This document shows positions 15,518 through 24,049 of a DNA stretch of 32,000 nucleotides, one piece after another (position 1 is the stretch's first letter; each line of letters begins with the position of its first letter). Source of the stretch: Erysipelotrichaceae bacterium MTC7 (GTDB taxonomy: Bacteria > Bacillota_I > Bacilli_A > Erysipelotrichales > Erysipelotrichaceae); the NCBI GenBank assembly GCA_001695645.1, contig LVZN01000078.1, positions 30,001 to 62,000 of the forward strand, in the 5' to 3' direction. The notes beneath the pieces are model-generated. The model was given only the letters and a program-made list of their open reading frames with translations. It had not been told where the DNA came from and ran no database searches. A program made the translations under genes and the position numbers.

Positions 15518-15562
15518 AAAAAGACAAAACTGATGGTTCAACCAGGTTTTGTCTTTCTTTTT
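15518..15562. terminator. Bidirectional rho-independent terminator between the convergent kinase and proA genes
   Basis: AAAGACAAAAC pairs with GTTTTGTCTTT, with an inner TGG/CCA stem. T-runs are present on both strands. Confidence 0.75.
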
Positions 15563-16806
15563 TATTTACGAATGGTGCCCTTACCTTTCACAATGTATTT
15601 ATAGCTTGTAAGTGCTTCTAGACCCATGGGTCCACGTGCGTGAATCTTTTGCGTGGAAATACCGATTTCCGCACCAAATCCGAACTCTTCACCATCAGAG
15701 AAGCGACTGGATGCATTGGCATAAACAACCGCGCTGTCTACTTGATTCAAGAAAGCATCAATTGATGCTTCGTTTTTTGAAACAATGACATCCGAGTGAT
15801 GCGTACTAAAGTGGTTGATATGTGAGATTGCTTCCTGTACATCTGCAACAACTTTAATACTGATTTCATAATCCAAGTATTCTTTTGCATAATCTTCTTG
15901 TGTGGCACTTAGTACAGATTCGTCAAATCGTTGAATGTTTTCATCTCCATGAATTATAACGTGATGACGTTTTAGCATGTTAAGCAAGTCATGTGTAAAA
16001 TCATCAACGATATCCTGATGTAATAAAACACTTTCACATGCATTGCACACGCTCACGCGTTGGGTTTTTGCATTTTCAATAATTGCGAGTGCTTGTTCTT
16101 TGTCAAATTCTTTGTCCACATACACATGGCAGTTTCCTGTGCCCGTTTCAATGATTGGTACAGTTGCATTGGCAATTGTTGATTGAATCAAGTTAGCTCC
16201 CCCACGAGGGATCAATAAATCCAAATATTCATTAAGTTTCATAAATGCCGTTGCACTTTCACGAGAGGTATCTTCCAATAGCTCAACAAAGTGTTCATTG
16301 TATCCAGCTTTTTTGATACCGTCTTTCATCGCTTTAACCAAAGCCTTATTGGAATGGATGGTATCCTTGCTTCCACGTAAGAAACAAACGTTTCCACTTT
16401 TCAAGCAAAGAGAGGCACTATCAACGCTCACGTTAGGACGTGCTTCATAAATCATACCAATGACCCCGATTGGCACACTTTTCTTACTGATGAAAAGATC
16501 TTCTCTAGGCCAAGTCTCTAGAATTTGGTTGCTTGGATCAGCAAGTGTAATGACTTGGTTCACTCCGTCAATAATCCCGTTTAAGCGTTCTTCATTTAAT
16601 GTGAGTCGATCGATAAATGCTTCAGGTCGACCATTTGCTTTTGCGTTTTCAACATCTTTTGCATTGGCTTTTAAAATAGGTTCTGCGTGAGCCATTAATG
16701 CAGTCGCAATGGAAGTTAGGATGTCATTTTTTTTATCGGTTGATAGATTCATCAATTCCCAACTTGCTTCTTTACAAAACTTACCTTTGGTTTGTAGTTC
16801 ATTCAT
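15562..16806 (-). CDS. proA: Gamma-glutamyl phosphate reductase
   Basis: Aldehyde-dehydrogenase-like ProA sequence throughout (IIDGVNQVITLADP..., CNACESVLLH, GAEIGISTQKIHARGPMGLEALTSYKY). The start is set to ATG 16806 (MNELQTKG), which overlaps the proB stop by 8 nt (ATGAATGA). The longer ORF-track start at 16860 would lie inside proB. Confidence 0.92.
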   Translation of the reverse strand: MNELQTKGKFCKEASWELMNLSTDKKNDILTSIATALMAHAEPILKANAKDVENAKANGRPEAFIDRLTLNEERLNGIIDGVNQVITLADPSNQILETWPREDLFISKKSVPIGVIGMIYEARPNVSVDSASLCLKSGNVCFLRGSKDTIHSNKALVKAMKDGIKKAGYNEHFVELLEDTSRESATAFMKLNEYLDLLIPRGGANLIQSTIANATVPIIETGTGNCHVYVDKEFDKEQALAIIENAKTQRVSVCNACESVLLHQDIVDDFTHDLLNMLKRHHVIIHGDENIQRFDESVLSATQEDYAKEYLDYEISIKVVADVQEAISHINHFSTHHSDVIVSKNEASIDAFLNQVDSAVVYANASSRFSDGEEFGFGAEIGISTQKIHARGPMGLEALTSYKYIVKGKGTIRK

Positions 16807-17578
16807 GAGTGTTTCTCCTTTTGAATAATGTGCCGACAGGTTTTCCTTCGACCGCATCATAAATCACGCGCAAATCTTTACTGTTACAAATAATCATATC
16901 GCAGTTAGCTTCTGTAGCAATTTTTGCTGCTTGTACTTTCGTAATCATGCCACCAGTCCCCACTTTGGTGATGGCATCTTCTGCCATTGCTTCAATGTCA
17001 CTTGTGACTTTTTCTACAATAGGGATGAGTTTAGCATCTTTATGTAGGCTTGGGTTTTTATCATATAAACCGTCGATGTCACTTAGGACAAGTAGCAAAT
17101 CAGCATGTACTAGTTCTGCTGTTGTTGCACCAAGGGTATCGTTATCACCATAGACAAGTTCTTCGGTTGCAACACTATCGTTTTCATTAATGATTGGAAT
17201 GGCACGGTATGCTAACAACTGGTTTAGCGTCGCAATTGCGTTGTGACGAAGCATATCAACTTCTAAAACACGTTTGGTCATCAACATTTGAGCCACAACT
17301 TTTCCAAATTGGGAAAAGAATTTATCGTAGATATACATCAATTCGCTTTGACCAATTGATGCAAGTGCTTGCTTCTCGGGGACAGATTCGGGTTTTTCAT
17401 TCATATTCATACGTCCCATGCCAGCAGCAACCGCTCCACTTGAGACTAGGATAATCTCTTTACCCATGTTACTTAAGTCACTTATGACTTTTGCTAGTTC
17501 TTCAACTTTCTTTAAGTTCAGTAAACCTGTTTCATGGGTTACTGTGCTCGAACCAACTTTAATTACAATTCGTTTCAT
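16799..17578 (-). CDS. proB: Glutamate 5-kinase (short form, no PUA domain)
   Basis: MKRIVIKVGSS..., VSSGAVAAG and GDNDTL motifs of amino-acid kinases. ATG 17578 follows the SD GAGGTGG. Translationally coupled to proA. Confidence 0.92.
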   Translation of the reverse strand: MKRIVIKVGSSTVTHETGLLNLKKVEELAKVISDLSNMGKEIILVSSGAVAAGMGRMNMNEKPESVPEKQALASIGQSELMYIYDKFFSQFGKVVAQMLMTKRVLEVDMLRHNAIATLNQLLAYRAIPIINENDSVATEELVYGDNDTLGATTAELVHADLLLVLSDIDGLYDKNPSLHKDAKLIPIVEKVTSDIEAMAEDAITKVGTGGMITKVQAAKIATEANCDMIICNSKDLRVIYDAVEGKPVGTLFKRRNTHE

Positions 17579-17602
17579 TTCTGTCCACCTCAACTTTTCA
17601 TA

Positions 17603-17631
17603 ATTATAACGTATTCCCACTTTTATAACAA
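17603..17631 (-). promoter_or_regulatory. Candidate sigma-A promoter of proBA
   Basis: Minus strand TTGTTA - 17 nt - TATAAT. The leader to the ATG is only about 20 nt. Confidence 0.5.
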
Positions 17632-17660
17632 TTTAAAATGCTGTATAATAATTAGCATAT

Positions 17661-17746
17661 GCACGGGTGGTGGAATGGCAGACACGCTATCTTGAGGGGG
17701 TAGTGGACGTACGTCCGTGAGGGTTCAAGTCCCTTTCCGTGCACCA
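17661..17746 (+). tRNA. tRNA-Leu (GAG), long variable arm, CCA encoded
   Basis: Acceptor GCACGGG/CCGTGC; anticodon loop TTGAGGG; class II variable arm GTGGACGTACGTCCGT; T-loop TTCAAGT. Confidence 0.9.
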
Positions 17747-17788
17747 ATGTAAAATATCATTCAATTATGCTGAATGGAATATAAAGTA

Positions 17789-17816
17789 AGAAGGCCTTCG
17801 AGGTCTTCTTTTTTTG
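17789..17816 (+). terminator. Rho-independent terminator after tRNA-Leu
   Basis: AGAAGGCC - TTCG - AGGTCTTCT stem-loop followed by a T7 run. Confidence 0.75.
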
Positions 17817-17904
17817 TTGGTCGAAGTCGGTCATGTTGCTAGTCAAAAGCTTGGTAGATTCATGGTATAGTTATGGTAAATAGTGAATGTCAGGAGGATG
17901 AAAG

Positions 17905-18615
17905 ATGCAACATATATATTTAGTGAGTGATTTAGGCTGTACGTATTTGGATGATGATGGCATTCATGCCAAAGTTATGGATAATTCCTACGGCTTTCTC
18001 GATCAATTGAAAAAGGAACTGGTGCATCCAATTCGGGTTGTGAACGTAGCTAGTGCAGCAAAAGAGTACCACATGAATGACTTGTTTAGTTCGCTAACAA
18101 AAGCAAGTTTTGAAATGAGTGGGTTTTCGATTGCTAGGTGGGATCTCATTGATGATCGTTTTACTAAGGATGTAAAAACAACGATTCGTCAAGCGGACCT
18201 TGTGTTTTTAGCGGGAGGAGGCATTCAAAGCCAGGCGGAGTTGTTTGCTAAAATTGACTTGGAAAACATTCTTGCTGACTATCAAGGTATGATTATTGGC
18301 TTGAGTGCAGGAGCGATTAATGCAGCGTATGAAGTCAATTACGTAAGTGAAGACATCAAGGATCCATATGTGTATCGTTTTACAGGGTTGGGACTTACCA
18401 AGCTAAATATCCTTCCGCATTTTGACTATGCATTATCCCATGCTAGCATTTTGGACAAACTTGTAAAAGCGAGCATGGATGCAAGCTATGTGGGTCTGCC
18501 GGATGGTAGCTTTGTGGAAATTTTCAACGGAAAAGAACGCCTTGTAGGAATTTACTATATCTTGCAAAATGGTCAATTAAAAACAGTTGATGTACAAGAA
18601 AAGAAGGAAACGTGA
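17905..18615 (+). CDS. Peptidase E-like protein (S51 family / type 1 glutamine-amidotransferase-like fold)
   Basis: SD AGGAGGA upstream. ADLVFLAGGG and the nucleophile-elbow motif GLSAGAI match the S51 dipeptidase pattern. Confidence 0.7.
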   Translation: MQHIYLVSDLGCTYLDDDGIHAKVMDNSYGFLDQLKKELVHPIRVVNVASAAKEYHMNDLFSSLTKASFEMSGFSIARWDLIDDRFTKDVKTTIRQADLVFLAGGGIQSQAELFAKIDLENILADYQGMIIGLSAGAINAAYEVNYVSEDIKDPYVYRFTGLGLTKLNILPHFDYALSHASILDKLVKASMDASYVGLPDGSFVEIFNGKERLVGIYYILQNGQLKTVDVQEKKET

Positions 18616-18641
18616 AGGATAACTGAAACTTCACGTTTTTG
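18608..18641 (+). terminator. Rho-independent terminator (the stem includes the stop codon)
   Basis: AAACGTGAAG pairs with CTTCACGTTT, followed by a T run. Confidence 0.65.
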
Positions 18642-18708
18642 CGTATATGAATAGTGATATGCACATTTGCATGTTAGACTATATAAGTAGATATATGGAG
18701 GTGATTGG

Positions 18709-20223
18709 TTGAATAAAAAACTCAAAGAAAAAACTGCAGAGGCATTGTCATCTGTATTGCCAATTACTTTAATCGTACTTTTCTTAAGTATTTTTGTAGT
18801 GCCACTATCCACCGATACGGTACTTTTATTTTTTATGGGTGCGGTTTTGCTGGTCATTGGTATGGGGCTGTTTAGTCTTGGTGCAGATATTGCAATGATG
18901 CCTATGGGTGAAGCAGTTGGATCAAAGTTTACAAGTGCTAAGAAAATCTGGATGATTGTGATTCCAATATTTCTTATGGGTTTTCTAATCACCATAGCAG
19001 AACCCGATTTGGATGTACTTGCTAGTCAGGTTGCAAGTATTCCAGATGATGTCATTATTTTGACAGTAGCCTGTGGTGTTGGTATTTTTTTGGTGATAGC
19101 TGTGTTACGGATTATCTTTCAGCTTGCATTTTCTAAACTCTTAGTTATTTTATATGCACTGGTATTTATCGTGGCATGCTTTGTGCCTAATGAATTTCTA
19201 CCTGTTGCATTTGATTCTGGAGGGGTGACAACAGGTCCGATTACCGTTCCTTTTATCCTAGCCTTAGGAGTAGGTATGGCCAGTCGCTCCAGTGATAAAG
19301 ATGCAAGCGAAAATAGTTTTGGTTTAGTTGCGATATGTAGTATCGGTCCGATATTGGCTGTCATGTTGCTTGGGATTATATACAATCCAAGTCAAGCAAC
19401 CTACGATCCAGTTGTTGTTCCAGAATTGCACACAGCACAAGATGTTGCCAAAGTGTTCTTTCATGAACTACCGTTGATGGCTGGCGAAGTGAGTCGTGCA
19501 CTGCTTCCTTTGGCGCTTGTCTTTATCTTATTTCAACTGTTTACCAAGCAGTTTCGTAAAAAACAAGTAATTCGTATGTCCATTGGATTTATTTATACGT
19601 TTGTTGGACTGGTTTTGTTTTTAAGTGGAGCAAACGCTGGTTTTATTCCTGTTGGAAAACTTTTGGGAAGTCAGTTAGGAAGTGATTCGTTGCGTTTACT
19701 GCTGGTGCCAATTGGCATGGTGATGGGATACTTCATTGTTGCAGCAGAACCTGCAGTGCATGTACTAAACAAACAAGTCGAGGATGTTTCCGATGGAGAA
19801 ATATCAGCCAAAGCGATGAAGTATACCTTATCGATTGGTGTGGCTATTTCAGTAGGACTAGCCATGATCCGGGTGCTTACAGGCATTCACATCATGTGGT
19901 TTTTAGTTCCACTATATGCTGTTGCTTTAATCTTAAGTTTCATCGTACCTAAGATTTATGTGGGAATTGGCTTTGATAGTGGTGGTGTTGCCAGTGGACC
20001 AATGACATCAACTTTCTTGTTGCCTTTTGCCATGGGAGCATGTGAAGCAATCGGTGGTAATATTATGACCGATGCTTTTGGGGTCGTTGCGATGGTCGCA
20101 GTTGTCCCACTCATTGCTGTACAAATACTTGGATTGATTTATTCAACCAATGTTCGTTTATTCAAATCAAAAGCAACCGTGGAAGATTCATTCCCAGTTT
20201 TGCTTGGAGAGGAGGATGAGTAG
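18709..20223 (+). CDS. DUF1538-type polytopic membrane protein with an internal duplication (putative transporter, function unknown)
   Basis: TTG start 7 nt after the SD GGAGGTGA. About 10-12 hydrophobic helices. The two halves repeat the motifs IAEPDLDVLASQV / AAEPAVHVLNKQV and FDSGGVTTGPITVPF / FDSGGVASGPMTSTF. Confidence 0.75.
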   Translation: MNKKLKEKTAEALSSVLPITLIVLFLSIFVVPLSTDTVLLFFMGAVLLVIGMGLFSLGADIAMMPMGEAVGSKFTSAKKIWMIVIPIFLMGFLITIAEPDLDVLASQVASIPDDVIILTVACGVGIFLVIAVLRIIFQLAFSKLLVILYALVFIVACFVPNEFLPVAFDSGGVTTGPITVPFILALGVGMASRSSDKDASENSFGLVAICSIGPILAVMLLGIIYNPSQATYDPVVVPELHTAQDVAKVFFHELPLMAGEVSRALLPLALVFILFQLFTKQFRKKQVIRMSIGFIYTFVGLVLFLSGANAGFIPVGKLLGSQLGSDSLRLLLVPIGMVMGYFIVAAEPAVHVLNKQVEDVSDGEISAKAMKYTLSIGVAISVGLAMIRVLTGIHIMWFLVPLYAVALILSFIVPKIYVGIGFDSGGVASGPMTSTFLLPFAMGACEAIGGNIMTDAFGVVAMVAVVPLIAVQILGLIYSTNVRLFKSKATVEDSFPVLLGEEDE

Positions 20224-20925
20224 ATGAAACATGTCGATATGCGCTTTCATGAATTACATGCACTAGTCGTTATTGTCAATCATAAACGTCGCAAAATTGT
20301 AAGTGCAGCCTTACGCGAAAAACTAGTCCCTGGGCAATTTGTAGTTAAGGCAAAAGGAACTGCCAGTTCATCCATGATGGATCTGTTAGGATTAGGTGAT
20401 GTAGATAATGATTTTGTCATTAGCTTCATGAGTAAAAATAAAGTTCCACGTATGATTCGCTATTTAAGTGAACAACTACATCTTTCACGAAAAGGAGCTG
20501 GAATCGCATTTTCAATACCGATTTCGTCGATGATGATACCGATCATGGATGAAAAAAATCAAGTTTTTTATACTTGGGAAAACGATATAAAAGGAGAACA
20601 TATGGAAACACAAGTAAGCCATGAACTACTTGTCATCGTAAGTGAAGAGGGCAGTAGTGATCAAGTCATGGAAGCTGCAAGAAGTGCAGGTGCCACGGGG
20701 GGTACCATGTTTCATGCGTTACGCAAAGGAAGTAAAGAACTTGGAAAGTTTTTTGGTATTTCTTTACAAGACCGCAAAGATGTCACAACCATTCTGGTAG
20801 CAAGCGAAGACAAAGAGCGTATCGCCAATGCAATTATTGCATCTTTGGTGGATGATCACGGTAAGGTTATTCTTGCATTACCCGCACAATTTGTCAGTGG
20901 ACTTGAGTTACAAGCAAACGAATAA
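20224..20925 (+). CDS. Fused tandem P-II-like (GlnB-fold) signal-transduction protein
   Basis: The ATG directly abuts the upstream TAG, suggesting translational coupling. Two segments of about 100 aa each show the beta-alpha-beta-(loop)-beta-alpha-beta pattern of P-II proteins (HALVVIV...KAKGTASS...VISFM; ELLVIVSEEG...ATGGTMFHALRKG...VTTILV...KVILALP). Confidence 0.6.
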   Translation: MKHVDMRFHELHALVVIVNHKRRKIVSAALREKLVPGQFVVKAKGTASSSMMDLLGLGDVDNDFVISFMSKNKVPRMIRYLSEQLHLSRKGAGIAFSIPISSMMIPIMDEKNQVFYTWENDIKGEHMETQVSHELLVIVSEEGSSDQVMEAARSAGATGGTMFHALRKGSKELGKFFGISLQDRKDVTTILVASEDKERIANAIIASLVDDHGKVILALPAQFVSGLELQANE

Positions 20926-20928
20926 TAC

Positions 20929-20956
20929 AAGCTATCGCAAGGTAGCTTTTTTTGTT
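20929..20956 (+). terminator. Rho-independent terminator of the DUF1538/P-II operon
   Basis: AAGCTATC - GCAA - GGTAGCTT stem with a GNRA loop, followed by a T7 run. Confidence 0.8.
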
Positions 20957-20960
20957 TTTA

Positions 20961-20989
20961 TAGACTTTTGCTGGAAGGTTCTCTATAAT
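20961..20989 (+). promoter_or_regulatory. Candidate sigma-A promoter of the glmS leader
   Basis: TAGACT - 17 nt - TATAAT (20984-20989), about 30 nt upstream of the ribozyme core. Confidence 0.45.
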
Positions 20990-21009
20990 AAAAGGCAGTT
21001 ATGCCAGTT

Positions 21010-21165
21010 GCATAATCAGCGCCAGGGCAACTATAAGTTGTTGACGAGGACGATAGTTATCGAAAGTTTCGGCGGGTACTATCGCGGATACGGTGATTCG
21101 TTAGAAGTAAAACAAAGACCAAGATCATAAGGTTAAAAATTACTTTGCCACCACAACAGAAAGAG
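21010..21165 (+). promoter_or_regulatory. glmS ribozyme (GlcN6P-dependent self-cleaving riboswitch)
   Basis: Conserved core strings are in the correct order: A|GCGCCAG (cleavage expected 5' of G21019), the P1 hairpin CAACTATAAGTTG, GACGAGGA, and GTTATCGAAAGTTTCGGCGGG with the CGATAGT/ACTATCG pairing. It lies directly upstream of glmS. The outer boundaries are approximate. Confidence 0.85.
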
Positions 21166-21208
21166 ACCTTTTTAGAAAAGGCGTTTTTATCGTGGAGGAA
21201 AAGTAAAT

Positions 21209-23026
21209 ATGTGCGGAATTATCGGTTATGTAGGGTGTGAACCCCAATCAAACCAAGTCCTTTTGGACGGCTTAAAGGCCCTTGAGTATCGTGGATACGA
21301 TTCAGCGGGAATGGCGATTGTTGTCAATCGCGATGTACGTGTCATCAAAACACGTGGAAAAGTGGCAAACTTAGAAAAGAAGATTGAAGACTTACATTTA
21401 CCATCAAGTGTTTTGGGTATTGCTCACACGCGTTGGGCAACGCATGGAATTCCCAATCAAAGTAATGCGCATCCCCATCAACATGGGATGGTTACGTTGG
21501 TTCATAATGGGATCATTGAAAACTATGGAGAACTCAAAGAGTTACTAACCAAACAAGGATACGTTTTCGAAAGTGAAACAGATACAGAAATTGCTGCGGC
21601 GTATCTAGATTATGTGTATAAGAAAAGTTTTGATAAAAAACAAGCATTGCAAGAAGCAAACAAAGCCTTTCGTGGATCGTTTGCCTTTGGGATTATCTTT
21701 GCAGACGAACAGGACACCTTGTATGCGATGCGTCGCAACTCTCCATTAATTGTGGCTGTCGGGGAACATGAGAGATACATTGCAAGTGATGTACCGGCAA
21801 TCTTAAAGTATACAAAGGATTACATTCTTTTGGATCAAGATGAAATTGCAGTGCTAAAAAAAGATGAAGTAAAAATCTACACGCTTGATTTAGTTGAGCG
21901 TGATTATGAAGTAAAAACGGCGACCATGGATGCAAGTGCAATCGCCAAAGATGGTTATGAACACTTCATGTTGAAGGAAATTCATGAAGAACCTCGTGTA
22001 GTCAAAGATACGATGCATGCATATGTACAAGATGATATCGATCAACTTGTCGCTAGTTTGCCAGATTTGAGGAAATATCAACAAATTCATATTGTCTCTT
22101 GTGGAAGTGCTATGTATGCAGGAATGATTGCTAAAAGTTTAATTGAACAAGCAGCACGCATTCGTGTAGATGTGGAAATCGCAAGTGAATATCGCTATAA
22201 ACATCCAATTTATGATGTACCGACACTTGTGCTTATCGTAAGTCAAAGTGGAGAAACTGCAGATAGTTTAGCTGCTTTGTTGCTCGCAAAAAGTCAGGGT
22301 GTGGATACGATGGCGATTGTGAATGTCATCGGTAGCAGCATTGCTCGAGAAGCAAAATATGTGGCATACACACATGCTGGTGTCGAAATTGCAGTTGCAA
22401 CAACCAAGGCGTATTGTACGCAAGTTGCTTTATTATCACTCATGGCGTTGAACTTGGCTTATGTACATGGTCATGTGGATAAAAAACAAGCCAATGCCAT
22501 CATTCAAGAAGTCCAACAATTGCCAGAAATGTTGGAACATATGATTGAAGATGTACAGTATGTACAAGCGGCAAAAATCATTTCACGTCACAACAATGTC
22601 TTCTTTTTAGGACGTGGTTTGGATTATGCACTTTGTATGGAGGCAAGTTTAAAACTCAAAGAAATATCATACATTCACAGCGAGGCTTATGCAGCTGGTG
22701 AACTCAAGCACGGAACGATATCCTTAATAGAAAAAGGGACACCGGTCATCGCTATTTGTACAGAGGAAAGCCTTTATGAAAAAACCATCAGTAACATCAA
22801 AGAGGTAAAAGCACGTGGAGCCAATGTCATTTTGGTTGTTCGTGAAGATTTCAATGTTGGTGATGATTATTATGACTACAAAATTAGTGTGCCAAAAGTC
22901 AATCGTTTGATTCAAGGGATTGTCAGTGTAGTGCCACTACAATTATTAAGCTACCAAGTGGCGAATTTACGTGGTTGTGAAATCGATCAGCCTCGAAATC
23001 TAGCAAAATCAGTAACAGTTGAGTAA
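21209..23026 (+). CDS. glmS: Glutamine--fructose-6-phosphate aminotransferase
   Basis: N-terminal MCGIIGY (catalytic Cys2), two SIS domains, C-terminal ...DQPRNLAKSVTVE; SD GGAGGAAAAG upstream. Confidence 0.97.
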   Translation: MCGIIGYVGCEPQSNQVLLDGLKALEYRGYDSAGMAIVVNRDVRVIKTRGKVANLEKKIEDLHLPSSVLGIAHTRWATHGIPNQSNAHPHQHGMVTLVHNGIIENYGELKELLTKQGYVFESETDTEIAAAYLDYVYKKSFDKKQALQEANKAFRGSFAFGIIFADEQDTLYAMRRNSPLIVAVGEHERYIASDVPAILKYTKDYILLDQDEIAVLKKDEVKIYTLDLVERDYEVKTATMDASAIAKDGYEHFMLKEIHEEPRVVKDTMHAYVQDDIDQLVASLPDLRKYQQIHIVSCGSAMYAGMIAKSLIEQAARIRVDVEIASEYRYKHPIYDVPTLVLIVSQSGETADSLAALLLAKSQGVDTMAIVNVIGSSIAREAKYVAYTHAGVEIAVATTKAYCTQVALLSLMALNLAYVHGHVDKKQANAIIQEVQQLPEMLEHMIEDVQYVQAAKIISRHNNVFFLGRGLDYALCMEASLKLKEISYIHSEAYAAGELKHGTISLIEKGTPVIAICTEESLYEKTISNIKEVKARGANVILVVREDFNVGDDYYDYKISVPKVNRLIQGIVSVVPLQLLSYQVANLRGCEIDQPRNLAKSVTVE

Positions 23027-23049
23027 AGGGAAACCTTTGCTCTTTTTTA
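23021..23049 (+). terminator. Rho-independent terminator of glmS
   Basis: GAGTAAAGG - GAAA - CCTTTGCTC (one G.U pair), followed by a T6 run. The stop codon lies within the stem. Confidence 0.75.
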
Positions 23050-23164
23050 GCTGTATACCTGTAAGAAGTTGCGTAAATGGAGCAACAATTCCACAAAATC
23101 ATAGTATGATAGAAACGAAAGGAGTGTATGGTAAGGAAATAAGGATTATCATACCAATACAAAT

Positions 23165-23980
23165 ATGAGTCAATTGTATATTTGTTTTCCAAATTGGACA
23201 TATAAAGCAGTCACCTTAAGTTATGATGATGGAAGAATTAGTGATCGACGTTTGGTGTCCATATGTAATCAATATAAGCTGAAAGCGACATTCCATTTAT
23301 GCGATAGCTTTCTTGATCAACATAAAGAAGGGGAACTTCCATTTATTTCAAGAAAAGAAGTAAACACATTATATGAAGGTCATGAAGTTTCAAACCATAC
23401 ACTAAATCACAGTACTTTGACACGCTCACCGTGTGAACATATCATTTCTGAGGTTGTAGAAAATCGCAAGGCTTTAGAAAAACTGGTCGCATATCCAATC
23501 AAAGGATTATCGTATCCAAATGGTGTCTATAACAGTCACGTCACGCAAATACTACGCGCACTAGGCATTAAATACAGTCGAACATGTTTAGCGAGTCACC
23601 GATTTCATTTGCCAGATGATTATTTGTTGTGGCATCCAACTTGTCATCATAACGATGATATCTTGCAAAAAGCAGAAACGTTCTTGCAGGTGAGTTACAA
23701 TCAACGTCTGTTGTTGTTTTACGTGTGGGGACATAGTTATGAATTTGAACGCGATGATAACTGGGAAGTCATTGAAGCTTTCGCCCAAAAAATTGGAAAT
23801 CGTCCAGATATTTGGTATGCCACAAACCTAGAAATTTATGATTATATGCACAAAGCTTCACTGCTCGAATGCTTTGGAGATGAACATGGGGCATACAATC
23901 CAACGGATACCATGATTTGGCTGACAAAAGGTGAAACAAGGTATCAAATAGGTCCGGGGCAAACCGTATTTTTTGAATAA
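23165..23980 (+). CDS. Polysaccharide deacetylase family protein (NodB homology / CE4)
   Basis: VTLSYDDG (the TFDDG-type motif 1), HEVSNHTLNH (the H-x-x-x-H motif 2) and SYPNG. No signal peptide is evident and there is no SD before the ATG. Confidence 0.75.
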   Translation: MSQLYICFPNWTYKAVTLSYDDGRISDRRLVSICNQYKLKATFHLCDSFLDQHKEGELPFISRKEVNTLYEGHEVSNHTLNHSTLTRSPCEHIISEVVENRKALEKLVAYPIKGLSYPNGVYNSHVTQILRALGIKYSRTCLASHRFHLPDDYLLWHPTCHHNDDILQKAETFLQVSYNQRLLLFYVWGHSYEFERDDNWEVIEAFAQKIGNRPDIWYATNLEIYDYMHKASLLECFGDEHGAYNPTDTMIWLTKGETRYQIGPGQTVFFE

Positions 23981-23981
23981 G

Positions 23982-24016
23982 GAACATACAATAACATGTA
24001 TGTTTCATTTTTTTAG
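23982..24016 (+). terminator. Rho-independent terminator
   Basis: GAACATACA pairs with TGTATGTTT, with loop ATAACA, followed by a T7 run. Confidence 0.7.
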
Positions 24017-24049
24017 GTGCTTTGTCTCATTTTGTCGTATAATGATTTT

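Noticed and set aside
16807-17620. Longer N-terminal extensions given by the ORF track for proA (start 16860) and proB (start 17620)
   Set aside because: The extensions lack an SD and either overlap the upstream gene (proA) or run into the promoter (proB). The internal ATGs at 16806 and 17578 give canonical N-termini, with an SD at proB and 8-nt translational coupling at proA.
17579-17660. T-box or other riboswitch leader upstream of proBA
   Set aside because: Only about 80 nt separate proB from the divergent tRNA-Leu, and a good TTGTTA-17-TATAAT promoter leaves a leader of about 20 nt. That is far too short for a T-box of about 200 nt or more, and no specifier or T-box sequence was seen.
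18640-18708. ATGCA-N4-TGCAT palindrome and possible riboswitch upstream of the DUF1538 gene
   Set aside because: 5-bp arms in AT-rich DNA are expected by chance, and the 68-nt leader is too short for known c-di-AMP (ydaO-type) or other riboswitch classes.
18573-18995. 140-aa minus-strand ORF
   Set aside because: It is antisense to the 5' part of the DUF1538 gene and crosses its promoter/terminator region. It has no SD, and its composition mirrors the sense-strand membrane protein.
20828-21130. 100-aa plus-strand ORF between the P-II-like gene and glmS
   Set aside because: It overlaps the 3' end of the upstream CDS, a terminator, a promoter and the glmS ribozyme core. The region is explained by RNA structure.
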